A stretch of 37,325 bases of DNA from Dehalococcoidia bacterium (GTDB taxonomy: Bacteria > Chloroflexota > Dehalococcoidia > SHYD01): contig SHYE01000003.1 of NCBI GenBank assembly GCA_009692935.1, positions 1 to 37,325 of the forward strand, written 5' to 3'. Shown here one piece after another: positions 27,916 through 37,325 of this stretch (position 1 is the first letter of the stretch; the number at the start of each line of letters is the position of its first letter). The position numbers and the translations under genes are program-made. The notes under the pieces were generated by a model. The model did not search any database, was not told where the DNA came from, and saw only the letters and a list, made by a program, of their open reading frames with translations.

Positions 27916-29382
27916 ATGCCTGCCGCTGCATCCAAAGTCGTCCAGCACCGGGTCATCGCCCCGCTCCGCCGAGCGCTACAGACTGCCCTGCAGGGAAGGC
28001 CGGAAACGCTGCTGGCCGGCGTCTCCGGCGGGCCCGACTCGCTCTGTCTACTGCACGGTCTGGCGCAGTTACGGAGGACACTCCCAATCCGGTTGCACGT
28101 AGCGCACCTGGATCACGGCCTGCGCGGACAAGCCGGGGCCGATGACGCCGCCTTCGTGCGTGAAACGTGCAGGGCCCTCGATATCCCCTGCACCACGGAA
28201 CGCCGCTCCGTCAGCGAGTATCAGGCCACACACCCAGAGGTTACGTCGGTTGAAGCGGCAGCCCGCAACGTCCGCTACAGCTTCTTCCACGATGTGGCGG
28301 CCGCCATTGGCGCTGCCGCAGCGGTCACCGGCCACACGCTCGATGACCAAGCCGAAACCGTCCTCATGCACCTCATCCGAGGCGCTGGCTCCACCGGCCT
28401 ACGGGGTATGCAAGCGGACAGCATCGCCCAGACCGAGGCCGGACCGCTGCGAGTTCTGCGTCCCCTCCTCGGTGTCTCACGGGCAGCGACGCCTGCCTAT
28501 TGCCGCAGCGCCGGCCTGCACCCTCGGGATGACGAGACGAACCAATCGCTGGACTTCACCCGCAACCGAACCCGCCTGCACGTCTTGCCAGTGCTGCAGC
28601 AGCTCAACCCAAAGGTGGTGGATGCTTTGGCCCAATTGGCGGTTCAAGCGCAGCAGGACCACGCCTATTGGGATGCTGAAGTAGCCCGCACTCTTGCTGA
28701 GTTCGGCGAGCCATTCCAGACGGGCCTCCTGCTGGATCGTCGCCGGTTGCGCAGCAAACCTGCAGCTCTGGTCACGAGAGTGTTGCGGCGAGCAGCGATC
28801 GCGGTAACGCCCAATGCCGAAATCAGCTTCGATCACTCGGAGGCGTTGCAGGCATTAGTCAACGGCTCCTCCGGCAAGCTACTGTGGCTCCCCGGCATTC
28901 CGCTCTATGCCCTTGCCACCTATGCTCACCTCTTGCTGGTGCATGAACCACTCAACCTAGGGAGCCTGCCGCAGCCTCTGCCCGTTGCCGGCGTCAGCGA
29001 GCAGCGCTGGGGACCCTGGCAAGTGACGCTCGGCCCCATGACTGCTGCGACATCGAAGGGACACTGGCAGACACCCTTGACGGAGGAGCAAGCGGGCCGG
29101 GCGCATGTAGGGCATCGGGTTCCGGGGCAGCGGTACGGCCATCGTAAGCTTCAAGACGCGCTGGTGGACGCTGGCTGCCCGGAGCTGCTGCGCGACCACC
29201 TGCCGGTGCTCACCGACAGCGAGGGAACGGTGCTATGGGTTGCAGGTCTAGGCCCGGTGGCATCGCCGCCGCGGTCAGGCAGCGGCCCAGGGACTTTTCT
29301 CCAAGTGCGACCGGCCGATCGGCTCCTCGAAGGTGCCTTGCGGCTTTGGGAGGGCCGTTCCTATAATGACGAAGCCCGCTAG
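27916..29382 (+). CDS. tilS: tRNA(Ile)-lysidine synthase
   Basis: VSGGPDS, HLDHGLR, EAAAR..RY, GHTLDDQAETVLM, RPLL, D.TN..RNRTR. Confidence 0.95.
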   Translation: MPAAASKVVQHRVIAPLRRALQTALQGRPETLLAGVSGGPDSLCLLHGLAQLRRTLPIRLHVAHLDHGLRGQAGADDAAFVRETCRALDIPCTTERRSVSEYQATHPEVTSVEAAARNVRYSFFHDVAAAIGAAAAVTGHTLDDQAETVLMHLIRGAGSTGLRGMQADSIAQTEAGPLRVLRPLLGVSRAATPAYCRSAGLHPRDDETNQSLDFTRNRTRLHVLPVLQQLNPKVVDALAQLAVQAQQDHAYWDAEVARTLAEFGEPFQTGLLLDRRRLRSKPAALVTRVLRRAAIAVTPNAEISFDHSEALQALVNGSSGKLLWLPGIPLYALATYAHLLLVHEPLNLGSLPQPLPVAGVSEQRWGPWQVTLGPMTAATSKGHWQTPLTEEQAGRAHVGHRVPGQRYGHRKLQDALVDAGCPELLRDHLPVLTDSEGTVLWVAGLGPVASPPRSGSGPGTFLQVRPADRLLEGALRLWEGRSYNDEAR

Positions 29383-29414
29383 CGAATCCCCGCACCGCCA
29401 CTCACGAGTCGCAG

Positions 29415-29882
29415 TTGCCTCCCAGCCTGTTCAACCGAACGCCGCAACCACCTACCTACCGCATTCTTGTGCCGCTTGGCGGGAACCCTTCCGACGAGGT
29501 CGCCCTGCGTTTGGCGTGCGACATCGCTAAGAAGGAAAAAGGCAGAGTGCAGGCCGTGTACGTGATTGAAGTACGACGAACGCAGGCCCTCGATGCCGAG
29601 TTGCCGCCTGAGCTTGAACAAGGCGAGGTCATCCTGCGCGAAGCAGAGGCGCTGGGATCGCAGCTGCAAACCGAGATCGACACTGAACTGCTGCAAGCAC
29701 GCGAGGTGGGCCCCGCGGTTGTGGACGAGGCCTGCGACCGGGGGGTGCAGTTGATTGTGATGGGGTTACCGTATAAACGGAAGTTCGGCGACTTTAGCCT
29801 TGGCCGCAGCGCACCATATATTCTCAAGCATGCGCCGTGCAGGGTATGGATTCTGCGCGAACCTCCGGCGGCAGCGGAGTAG
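29415..29882 (+). CDS. Universal stress protein
   Basis: RILVPLGG, LIVMG, LGRSAPYILKHAPCRV. Confidence 0.88.
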   Translation: MPPSLFNRTPQPPTYRILVPLGGNPSDEVALRLACDIAKKEKGRVQAVYVIEVRRTQALDAELPPELEQGEVILREAEALGSQLQTEIDTELLQAREVGPAVVDEACDRGVQLIVMGLPYKRKFGDFSLGRSAPYILKHAPCRVWILREPPAAAE

Positions 29883-29903
29883 TCGCGTCATGGGGAGCTT
29901 TAC

Positions 29904-30308
29904 ATGCGTGTGGTGATCATGGGCTGCGGCCGTGTGGGTTCCACCTTAGCCGCGAATCTCGACCAAGGCGGCCACGAGGTCACCATCGTTGATTTGGATT
30001 CGAGCCAGTTCCGCCGGTTGCCCGCAGGCTTCGGCGGACGTTCGCTGGTAGGTAACGGCATCGACCAAGATGTGCTACGGCGAGCCGGTATTGAAGAGGC
30101 TGATGCGTTTGTGGCGGTGACACAGGGAGACAACCACAACGTCTTGGCATCACAGATCGCGAAGCATGTGTTCAGCGTTCACAACGTCATTTGCCGGATG
30201 TACGACCTAGTGCGTGAGGAGTTCTACCAGGATCTCGGCCTCACGACGATATCGCCCACCAAGGTCATTAGCGGCATGATTGGCGACATGCTGCATCACC
30301 CGGAGTAG
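29904..30308 (+). CDS. TrkA-N (RCK) domain protein
   Basis: VIMGCGRVG, AGIEEADAFVAVTQGDN; N-domain only. Confidence 0.88.
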   Translation: MRVVIMGCGRVGSTLAANLDQGGHEVTIVDLDSSQFRRLPAGFGGRSLVGNGIDQDVLRRAGIEEADAFVAVTQGDNHNVLASQIAKHVFSVHNVICRMYDLVREEFYQDLGLTTISPTKVISGMIGDMLHHPE

Positions 30309-30314
30309 CTGCCC

Positions 30315-30977
30315 ATGTACATCATCCTTGTCGGCGGTGGGAAAGTCGGGTTTCATCTCGCCCGTGCGCTGCTCAGCGAGGGCCACGAAGTGTTGGTCAT
30401 TGAGCGCGACCGGCGGAAGTGCGTTAGCATCAACGATGAACTGGGATCGGTCGTGCTGCAGGGCGACGGCTGTGAGGCCGCCATCCTGGCCGAAGCCGGT
30501 GCCAGCCGGGCCGACCTGGTGATTGCCGTGACCGGCGGCGATGAGGACAATCTGGTGGTATGCCAGCTTGCCAAGGGCAAATTCCACACTCCCAGGACTA
30601 TCGCCCGGATCAACAATCCCAAGAACGAAAGCATTTTCAAGAAGCTGGGCATTGACGATACGATCAGCAGCACGCAAGTGATCATGGAGCGCATCCAGGC
30701 GGAGATTCCGTCACACCCGTTGCTGCACCTTGCGTCGCTGGGCAGTTACGGTTTGGAATTGGTGAACCTGAGCGTGGCCGAGGGCGCCGCCGCCGCCGGA
30801 CACAAGCTACGCGATATTTCGCTGCCGCCTCAGACCGTGGTATCGCTCATCATCGGCGCCGACGGGCCACGGGTCCCGACCGGAGACACCCTTATCCAAA
30901 TCGGCGATGAGGTCATTGCCGTTACTAGAGTGGAGTCCGAAGACGCGTTGCGAGCACAGTTCGCGAGCCAGCACTAG
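30315..30977 (+). CDS. trkA: TrkA family potassium uptake protein
   Basis: IILVGGGKVG, GDG, TGGDEDN, ARINNP, C-terminal TrkA-C domain. Confidence 0.88.
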   Translation: MYIILVGGGKVGFHLARALLSEGHEVLVIERDRRKCVSINDELGSVVLQGDGCEAAILAEAGASRADLVIAVTGGDEDNLVVCQLAKGKFHTPRTIARINNPKNESIFKKLGIDDTISSTQVIMERIQAEIPSHPLLHLASLGSYGLELVNLSVAEGAAAAGHKLRDISLPPQTVVSLIIGADGPRVPTGDTLIQIGDEVIAVTRVESEDALRAQFASQH

Positions 30978-30980
30978 CGC

Positions 30981-31823
30981 ATGCCCCCCCGACGCGTTGC
31001 CTATTTGGGCCCAGTTGGCACCTTCAGCGAAGCTGCCGCTCGCCTTTACGCCCCAGCCGCCGAGCACCTAGCTCAGCCCAATACCGCCGCTATTGCTCAC
31101 GCGGTGGAACAGGGAGCCGCTGATGTGGGTATCGTCCCTATCGAGAACAGCCTTGAGGGTTCGGTGCCCGACACCCTCGATCTCCTGATCCACGAATCCA
31201 AACTGAGCATCTGCGCCGAGGTGGTGGTCCCGATCGTTCAGTGCCTGATGGTGAAGGCAGGGACAACGCTCGACCGCATCCGCACCGTTCACTCTCACCC
31301 GCAGTCCCTGGGTCAGTGCCGCCACTTCCTGGAGCGCACGTTGCCCCACGCCGAACAGATGGCGCATGTCAGCAATGCGGCTGCGGTTCAAGAAATGCTG
31401 AAGCGGGAGGACGCGGCCGCCATCGGGCCGGAGCGCTCGGCGGAGCTCTACGGAGCGCAGGTCCTCCAGCGCTGCGTTCAGGACCGCTCCCCCAACGACA
31501 CCCGCTTCGTGGTGCTGGCTGACGCCGATCACTCGCCGACAGGCAAGGACAAGACATCGCTCTGCTTCGAGGTGCAGGACCGCCCCGGAGCGCTGCTGAG
31601 TGTGGTCCAGGCGATCTCGGGCCGCGGCATAAACCTGCGGAAGATTGAGTCACGCCCCTCCAAGGAGCAGTTGGGGACGTATCTCTTCTTGGTGGACTTG
31701 GAGGGTCACCGGCTGGAACCCGCGGTAGCTGCCGCGCTGGACGAAATCCGCCAGTTCTGCCGCCCTGAGCACACCCGCGTCTTCGGCTCCTATCCCCGCT
31801 TCGAATCGGAGCGGCGGCCCTGA
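30981..31823 (+). CDS. pheA: Prephenate dehydratase
   Basis: AYLGPVGTFS, PIENSLEG, SHPQ, NDTRF, ACT domain with KIESRP. Confidence 0.95.
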   Translation: MPPRRVAYLGPVGTFSEAAARLYAPAAEHLAQPNTAAIAHAVEQGAADVGIVPIENSLEGSVPDTLDLLIHESKLSICAEVVVPIVQCLMVKAGTTLDRIRTVHSHPQSLGQCRHFLERTLPHAEQMAHVSNAAAVQEMLKREDAAAIGPERSAELYGAQVLQRCVQDRSPNDTRFVVLADADHSPTGKDKTSLCFEVQDRPGALLSVVQAISGRGINLRKIESRPSKEQLGTYLFLVDLEGHRLEPAVAAALDEIRQFCRPEHTRVFGSYPRFESERRP

Positions 31824-31988
31824 CGCCGAAGTGAGGACGAGCCGGGCCATACGGCATGCGCCTTTGGCCTAGACTCCGCCCAAACGGCCCGATGGCGCGG
31901 CCCTGCGGTAGACGCCAGGCACCCAGGCCTAGCGACTAGCTCAAACCGGTCGCCGGCCATCGAATCGCGGGCGTCCCCCCATCTGAGG

Positions 31989-32062
31989 CCTTCGACCGCT
32001 CAGGCAACCGATGCCCCTGAAGGCGTGGTGTGGGGCGGGCTGTTTGCTGAGCTTGTCGAAGC
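31989..32062. repeat. REP-like inverted pair between convergent genes
   Basis: ccttcgaccgctcaggcaac ... gtttgctgagcttgtcgaagc. Confidence 0.55.
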
Positions 32063-32101
32063 GACCAGCAGGGTGGGGGCTGCCAATGCTGAGATAGTGA
32101 C

Positions 32102-32692
32102 TTAGCCGCCGCCACCGTTCGAAGTGCTCGTCGCGACGGCGCCAACTGGCGTGCGGCGCCACTTAGCCTTCCCCTCTTCCAACAGGTCGTGCCCCTCGGA
32201 ATCCACGCACACGATGACCGGGAGTTTCTCCACGGTGAGCCGGCGGATGGCCTCGGTGCCGAGGTCCTCGTAGGCGACTACTTCGGCCTTCTTGATGTGC
32301 TGGGTCAGGAACGCGCCGGTGCCACCGACCGCCATGAAGTAAATGGCGCCTAGGCCCTTCATCTTGGCGCGCAGTGCGGGCCCGCGCCCGCCCTTGCCGA
32401 GGGTCGCCAGCAGACCGAACGGCAATAATTCCTCCCAGAAAGCGTCCATGCGCATGCTGGTGGTAGGGCCCGCCGAACCGAGCGCTGCGCCTTCGCGCGG
32501 GGGCGTGGGCCCGGTGTAGTACACAATGTTGCCCTCAAATGATATCGGCGCTTGTCCGCCGGCCTTGAGGGTCTCGGCCATACGCTTGTGAGCGGCGTCG
32601 CGGGCGCTGTAGATCTCGCCGGTGATCTCGACGAGCTGGCCCACCTTGAGTGATCGGCGCACCTCTTCAGTAATCGGCGTACGGAGTTCCAT
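32102..32692 (-). CDS. Class I fumarate hydratase beta subunit
   Basis: ARDAAHKR, YYTGP, GPTTSMRMD, GKG, EDLGTEAI. Confidence 0.93.
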   Translation of the reverse strand: MELRTPITEEVRRSLKVGQLVEITGEIYSARDAAHKRMAETLKAGGQAPISFEGNIVYYTGPTPPREGAALGSAGPTTSMRMDAFWEELLPFGLLATLGKGGRGPALRAKMKGLGAIYFMAVGGTGAFLTQHIKKAEVVAYEDLGTEAIRRLTVEKLPVIVCVDSEGHDLLEEGKAKWRRTPVGAVATSTSNGGGG

Positions 32693-32710
32693 AGGGGTTC
32701 CTTTCGGCCG

Positions 32711-33493
32711 TCAGGCCTTCATGGTCTGTGTGGTGGCTTCTGCAAGAAATGGCAAGACATGCGGCAACACCAGATCGCCCCGGCCGGACGCCTGCCCATG
32801 ATTCAGGCCGGCCAACGGGACGAACTGGGCGCCGGCAACGGCGCTCGCGGCGCGCTGTGCGCCCTCGAACAGGCCATCGGCGGTGCCGCAGTAGAGCAGC
32901 GTGGGTCTGGTCAGCCTGGCCAGCGCCTCGGTCTGGTTGCGATAGCCCTCAGTGCCCTCGGCCGCGTCAGCCAGCGCCTCGGCATCGGTGGCCAGCATGC
33001 GGGCGCGACGCTCCGGGGTCATGGCCGCCTGGCCGGAAGCCTCGATCCAGGCGAGATAGGCCGCCATCCCTTGGCGGAGCGGCGCAACACGGCCATTGGG
33101 CCGGCCACTGGGATCGCCATAAGGATGCATGCCACCGAGGATCCATGCGGTGATCCGCTCGGGCGCCATAAGGGCGGTGGCAAACCCGAGCATGGCGCCC
33201 ATGGAGTAGCCCCAGTACATCGCACGCTCAGCACCGGCAGCGTCGAGGACGGCGAGCAGGCCACCAACTAGGCGGTCACGGCTATAGTATTCAACGCCAT
33301 GCGGCTTGCCGCTTTGGCCATGCCCGGGCAGGTCGGGCATGATGAGGCGATAGTGCGGCTGTAGGCCGTCGACGAAGCCGCCTTCGTACCAACCTTCGAC
33401 GCTGTTGGTGTGCCCGTGCACCAGCAGGAGGCTGGGACCACTGCCCTCGATGCGGTAGTGGAGGTTGACGCCGTGGTGCATGACGTATGGCAT
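32711..33493 (-). CDS. Alpha/beta hydrolase
   Basis: DLPGHGQSGKPH, WGYSMG, LGGMHP, LNH. Confidence 0.9.
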   Translation of the reverse strand: MPYVMHHGVNLHYRIEGSGPSLLLVHGHTNSVEGWYEGGFVDGLQPHYRLIMPDLPGHGQSGKPHGVEYYSRDRLVGGLLAVLDAAGAERAMYWGYSMGAMLGFATALMAPERITAWILGGMHPYGDPSGRPNGRVAPLRQGMAAYLAWIEASGQAAMTPERRARMLATDAEALADAAEGTEGYRNQTEALARLTRPTLLYCGTADGLFEGAQRAASAVAGAQFVPLAGLNHGQASGRGDLVLPHVLPFLAEATTQTMKA

Positions 33494-33508
33494 GGGGATC
33501 CCCTCTCC

Positions 33509-34330
33509 CTAGCCCTCGCCCTGCGAGGGAGAGGGGCTGACGGCTTGTTGGGCAACCTTGGCGAGAAATGGGAGCACGTGCGGCAGCACCAAGTCGGCCC
33601 GCTCCGAGGCCTGCGAATGGTTGAGGCCGGACAGCGAAATGAACCGAGCGTCGGGCAGCTCACCCGCTACCCGTTGCGCGCCCTCGTGCAGAGGATCAGC
33701 GTCCCCGGCGTAGACCAACACCGGCATGGTGAGACGCGCGATGGCGGCGTCCTGGCCGATCCAGGTGACCGCGCCCTCCATGAAAGCAGCGAGCGCCGGA
33801 CCGTCGTTCGCCAGCAGGCGGGCGAGGCGCGCCTCTGGGAGCGGCTCCGGCAGTTCCGGCTTGACGATAGTCTCGTAGTAGTGCTGCATGCCCTGACGGA
33901 AAGCGGGGGTGCGGTCGGGGCGACGGCTGCCGCTGCCACTCTGTGGGCTGCGGGGATAGGGGTGCATGCCACCCAGCACAAAGGCATCGAACCGTTCGGC
34001 CGCCAGCAGTGCCGCAGCGTAGCCGGTAGCTGCGCCCAGCGAGTAGCCCCAGTACACGGCGCGGTCCACGCCGACGTCATCCAGGACCGCCAACACATCG
34101 CCCACCACGTGCTCACGGGTGTATGCGTCTGCGGTGTGGGGTTTGTCACTCTGGCCGTGGCCGCGCAATTCCATCACCAGCACCCAGTAGTCGCGTCGCA
34201 GCGCCTCGACGTAGCCGAAGTCGAACCAGCCCTGGCGGCTCGCGGTGAGGCCATGCGCCAGCACCACCGCCGGGCCGGAGCCGACGCTGTCGTAGTGGAT
34301 GCGGACGCCTTGGTTGTCAGCGAATGGCAT
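33509..34330 (-). CDS. Alpha/beta hydrolase (paralog of the adjacent gene)
   Basis: LRGHGQSDKPH, WGYSLG, LGGMHPY, GLNH..DLVLPHVLPFLA. Confidence 0.9.
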   Translation of the reverse strand: MPFADNQGVRIHYDSVGSGPAVVLAHGLTASRQGWFDFGYVEALRRDYWVLVMELRGHGQSDKPHTADAYTREHVVGDVLAVLDDVGVDRAVYWGYSLGAATGYAAALLAAERFDAFVLGGMHPYPRSPQSGSGSRRPDRTPAFRQGMQHYYETIVKPELPEPLPEARLARLLANDGPALAAFMEGAVTWIGQDAAIARLTMPVLVYAGDADPLHEGAQRVAGELPDARFISLSGLNHSQASERADLVLPHVLPFLAKVAQQAVSPSPSQGEG

Positions 34331-34438
34331 AGTAGCCCGCCCTCAGAAGGGGAGCCGCGCCCGGCAGGTTGCTTCGTTGCACGACTTCTACCCTCCCCCT
34401 CACCCCTCCCTCCAAGGGAGGGGAATGCTCGGACCAGT

Positions 34439-35284
34439 CTACAGGACAGCGTGCTTGGTGCGGGCGCTGTGGCATTGCAGGTTGACCGCCACGGGGAGCG
34501 CCGTGATGTGCGTGGGGTACGTCTCCACGTGCACGGCCAGCGCGGTCTGGGTGCCACCGACGGCTTGCGGACCCAGGCCGAGTTTGTTCACCGCGGTCAG
34601 CAGTTCTGCCTCAAAGCCGGCGGTCTCGGGGTCAGGGTTCGTCTCTTCCACCTTGCGCAGCAGTGACTTCTTGGCGAGGTACATGGCGTACTCGGCGGTG
34701 CCGCCGATGCCGACACCAACAATGAGCGGGGGGCAGGGGTTGCCGCCCGACTCCTCAATCACATCACAGATGAACTGTGAGATGCCCGCTTTGCCGGCGC
34801 CCGGCAGCAACACCTTGATCTGGCTCATGTTCTCGCAGCCGCCGCCTTTGGGCATCACGGTAATGCCAAGCTGGTCGCCGGCCACGATCTCGGTGTGGAT
34901 CACGCCCGGGGTGTTGTCTTTGGTGTTGGTGCGGCTGCTGAAGGGATGATCGGCGATGGAGGCCCGCAGAAAGCCGGTGGTGTAGGCTTGGCGGATGCCC
35001 TCGTTCACGGCGTCGTACAGACCACCGCCGGTCACATGGACGTCCTGCCCTAGGTCCAGGAAAACGCAGGAGGTGCCGGTGTCTTGGCAGAGGGCAATCT
35101 GCTGGGTGCGGGCGATCTTCTGGTTCTCGAGGATCTGGCCCAGGATGTCTTTACCCAGCGGCGACTCTTCTTGCGTGCGGGCCTTCTCGATGCTGGCAAC
35201 GACATCATCGGGCAGGTAGTAGTTGGCCTCCTGAAAGAGGCGCTTCACGGTATCGGTGATTTCGGTTGTGGTTATTTCACGCAT
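34439..35284 (-). CDS. Class I fumarate hydratase alpha subunit
   Basis: CQDTG, KGGGCEN, NPCPP..GVGIGG, HI..LPVAVNLQCHSAR. Confidence 0.94.
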   Translation of the reverse strand: MREITTTEITDTVKRLFQEANYYLPDDVVASIEKARTQEESPLGKDILGQILENQKIARTQQIALCQDTGTSCVFLDLGQDVHVTGGGLYDAVNEGIRQAYTTGFLRASIADHPFSSRTNTKDNTPGVIHTEIVAGDQLGITVMPKGGGCENMSQIKVLLPGAGKAGISQFICDVIEESGGNPCPPLIVGVGIGGTAEYAMYLAKKSLLRKVEETNPDPETAGFEAELLTAVNKLGLGPQAVGGTQTALAVHVETYPTHITALPVAVNLQCHSARTKHAVL

Positions 35285-35597
35285 GTGTTTTTGCCCTCAA
35301 CAGATAAGGTTCATGGATGGTGCGGAGCAGCTCCTCGTAAGCACTCCAGTAGCGGGTCTCGTCGAGCACAGAACCCGCCAGATCGCAGGCAAGATAAAAC
35401 GGCTCCTCGTGACACACAATATCCTCATCAGCGCGTAGTGTGCGCATCGGAGGACCGCTCTCTCGAAGCCGCAGGCGATAGCGCGAAACAACGTCGCGAG
35501 CCGCTTTTGACGACATGCCATGAAAGCGAACAAGGCACTGCCGCACAGCTTCCCAGTATGCCCCTACCCGGAAAGGATACTCGGGGGTGTTCTTCAT
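35277..35597 (-). CDS. Hypothetical protein (possible partner of the DUF3990-like gene)
   Basis: 106 aa; overlaps both neighbours; YWEAVRQCL..HEEPFYLACDL. Confidence 0.65.
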   Translation of the reverse strand: MKNTPEYPFRVGAYWEAVRQCLVRFHGMSSKAARDVVSRYRLRLRESGPPMRTLRADEDIVCHEEPFYLACDLAGSVLDETRYWSAYEELLRTIHEPYLLRAKTHA

Positions 35598-36103
35598 AGG
35601 ATGTCCCTCGGACTTGCATTGAGCAAAGAAGCAGCTTCACCGGTGTGGAAGCTCACTTGATCAAACCCATCGTAGATGCTTCTGGTGAGCAAGTCACCTC
35701 TGGTTACCGGCCCTACTACCGCATCGTACCAGGTGGGTAGGACCAATCCTGGCCGATGTGATCCCCCAGAGCGGCAGTGCTGGACGGATTGCCAGTACTC
35801 TTCGGCTCGAGCATCCGCCCGAACGAACCAGAGGGTATCCAGACGCGCCAAAGAGTCCCGGTTCACGCTAAACGCAACGACTGCGCGGGCCTCTTGTAAG
35901 CGCTACGCCTTCCGGTCGGCCCATTCTGTGGCTTGGTCGAGTGACGTGGTTGTGTAGAAGCCCGAACCAAACTCGCGACGCGCCATGCCGTGTCGGACAT
36001 CCACTCCAGCCAACACTCGGTGGGCATTCCCATCTGTAGTGCCATGACACAGGGTAACTGGGCCATTCACCCAACCACCCTGACTTGCTGAGCGTTGAAC
36101 CAA
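35594..36103 (-). pseudogene. DUF3990-like protein with an in-frame TAG at 35903-35905
   Basis: LCHGT..EFGSGFYTTTSLDQATEWA..*..YDAVVGPV..DQVSFHT; track ORFs 35903..36103 and 35594..35866 are in the same frame. Confidence 0.75.
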
Positions 36104-36107
36104 GACC

Positions 36108-37325
<1,218 letters not shown>

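Noticed and set aside
2456-35905. Stop-codon recoding (Sec, Pyl or alternative code) to explain in-frame stops at 2456 (TGA), 17507 (TAA), 20039 (TAG) and 35903 (TAG)
   Set aside because: All three stop types are involved, only in accessory genes, and core genes terminate normally with each. No SECIS-like element was recognised. Nonsense mutation is simpler.

Overview
High-GC (roughly 60-68% by eye) bacterial chromosomal segment, probably Chloroflexota (Dehalococcoidia/SAR202-like; inferred from gene content). Core genes: tRNA-Ile2(CAT), infC-rpmI-rplT, type-E succinate dehydrogenase (sdhA, sdhB, CCG/HdrB-like anchor), a phosphatase-DivIC-tilS-USP-trkA-trkA-pheA run, mdh and a two-subunit class I fumarase. 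There is also an aromatic-catabolism cluster (Rieske oxygenase, FAH, alpha/beta hydrolase, HpcH aldolase, family-5 substrate-binding protein). The main anomaly is a 1128-bp low-GC (about 40-45%) fragment of a foreign FG-GAP/VCBS gene inserted cleanly and in frame into the VGTA|PY motif of the substrate-binding protein gene (9824-10951), with no transposase, target duplication or intron hallmarks. Other notable items: an HTH + DevS-type GAF + GAF protein missing from the ORF track; a decaying three-gene glycosylation cluster; a structured non-coding region resembling an orphan IS110 end; probable non-canonical starts (ACG for infC, CTG for an HD hydrolase); several accessory genes with single in-frame stops, some inside TCA operons; several REP-like palindrome families; and an IS left end at the right edge.
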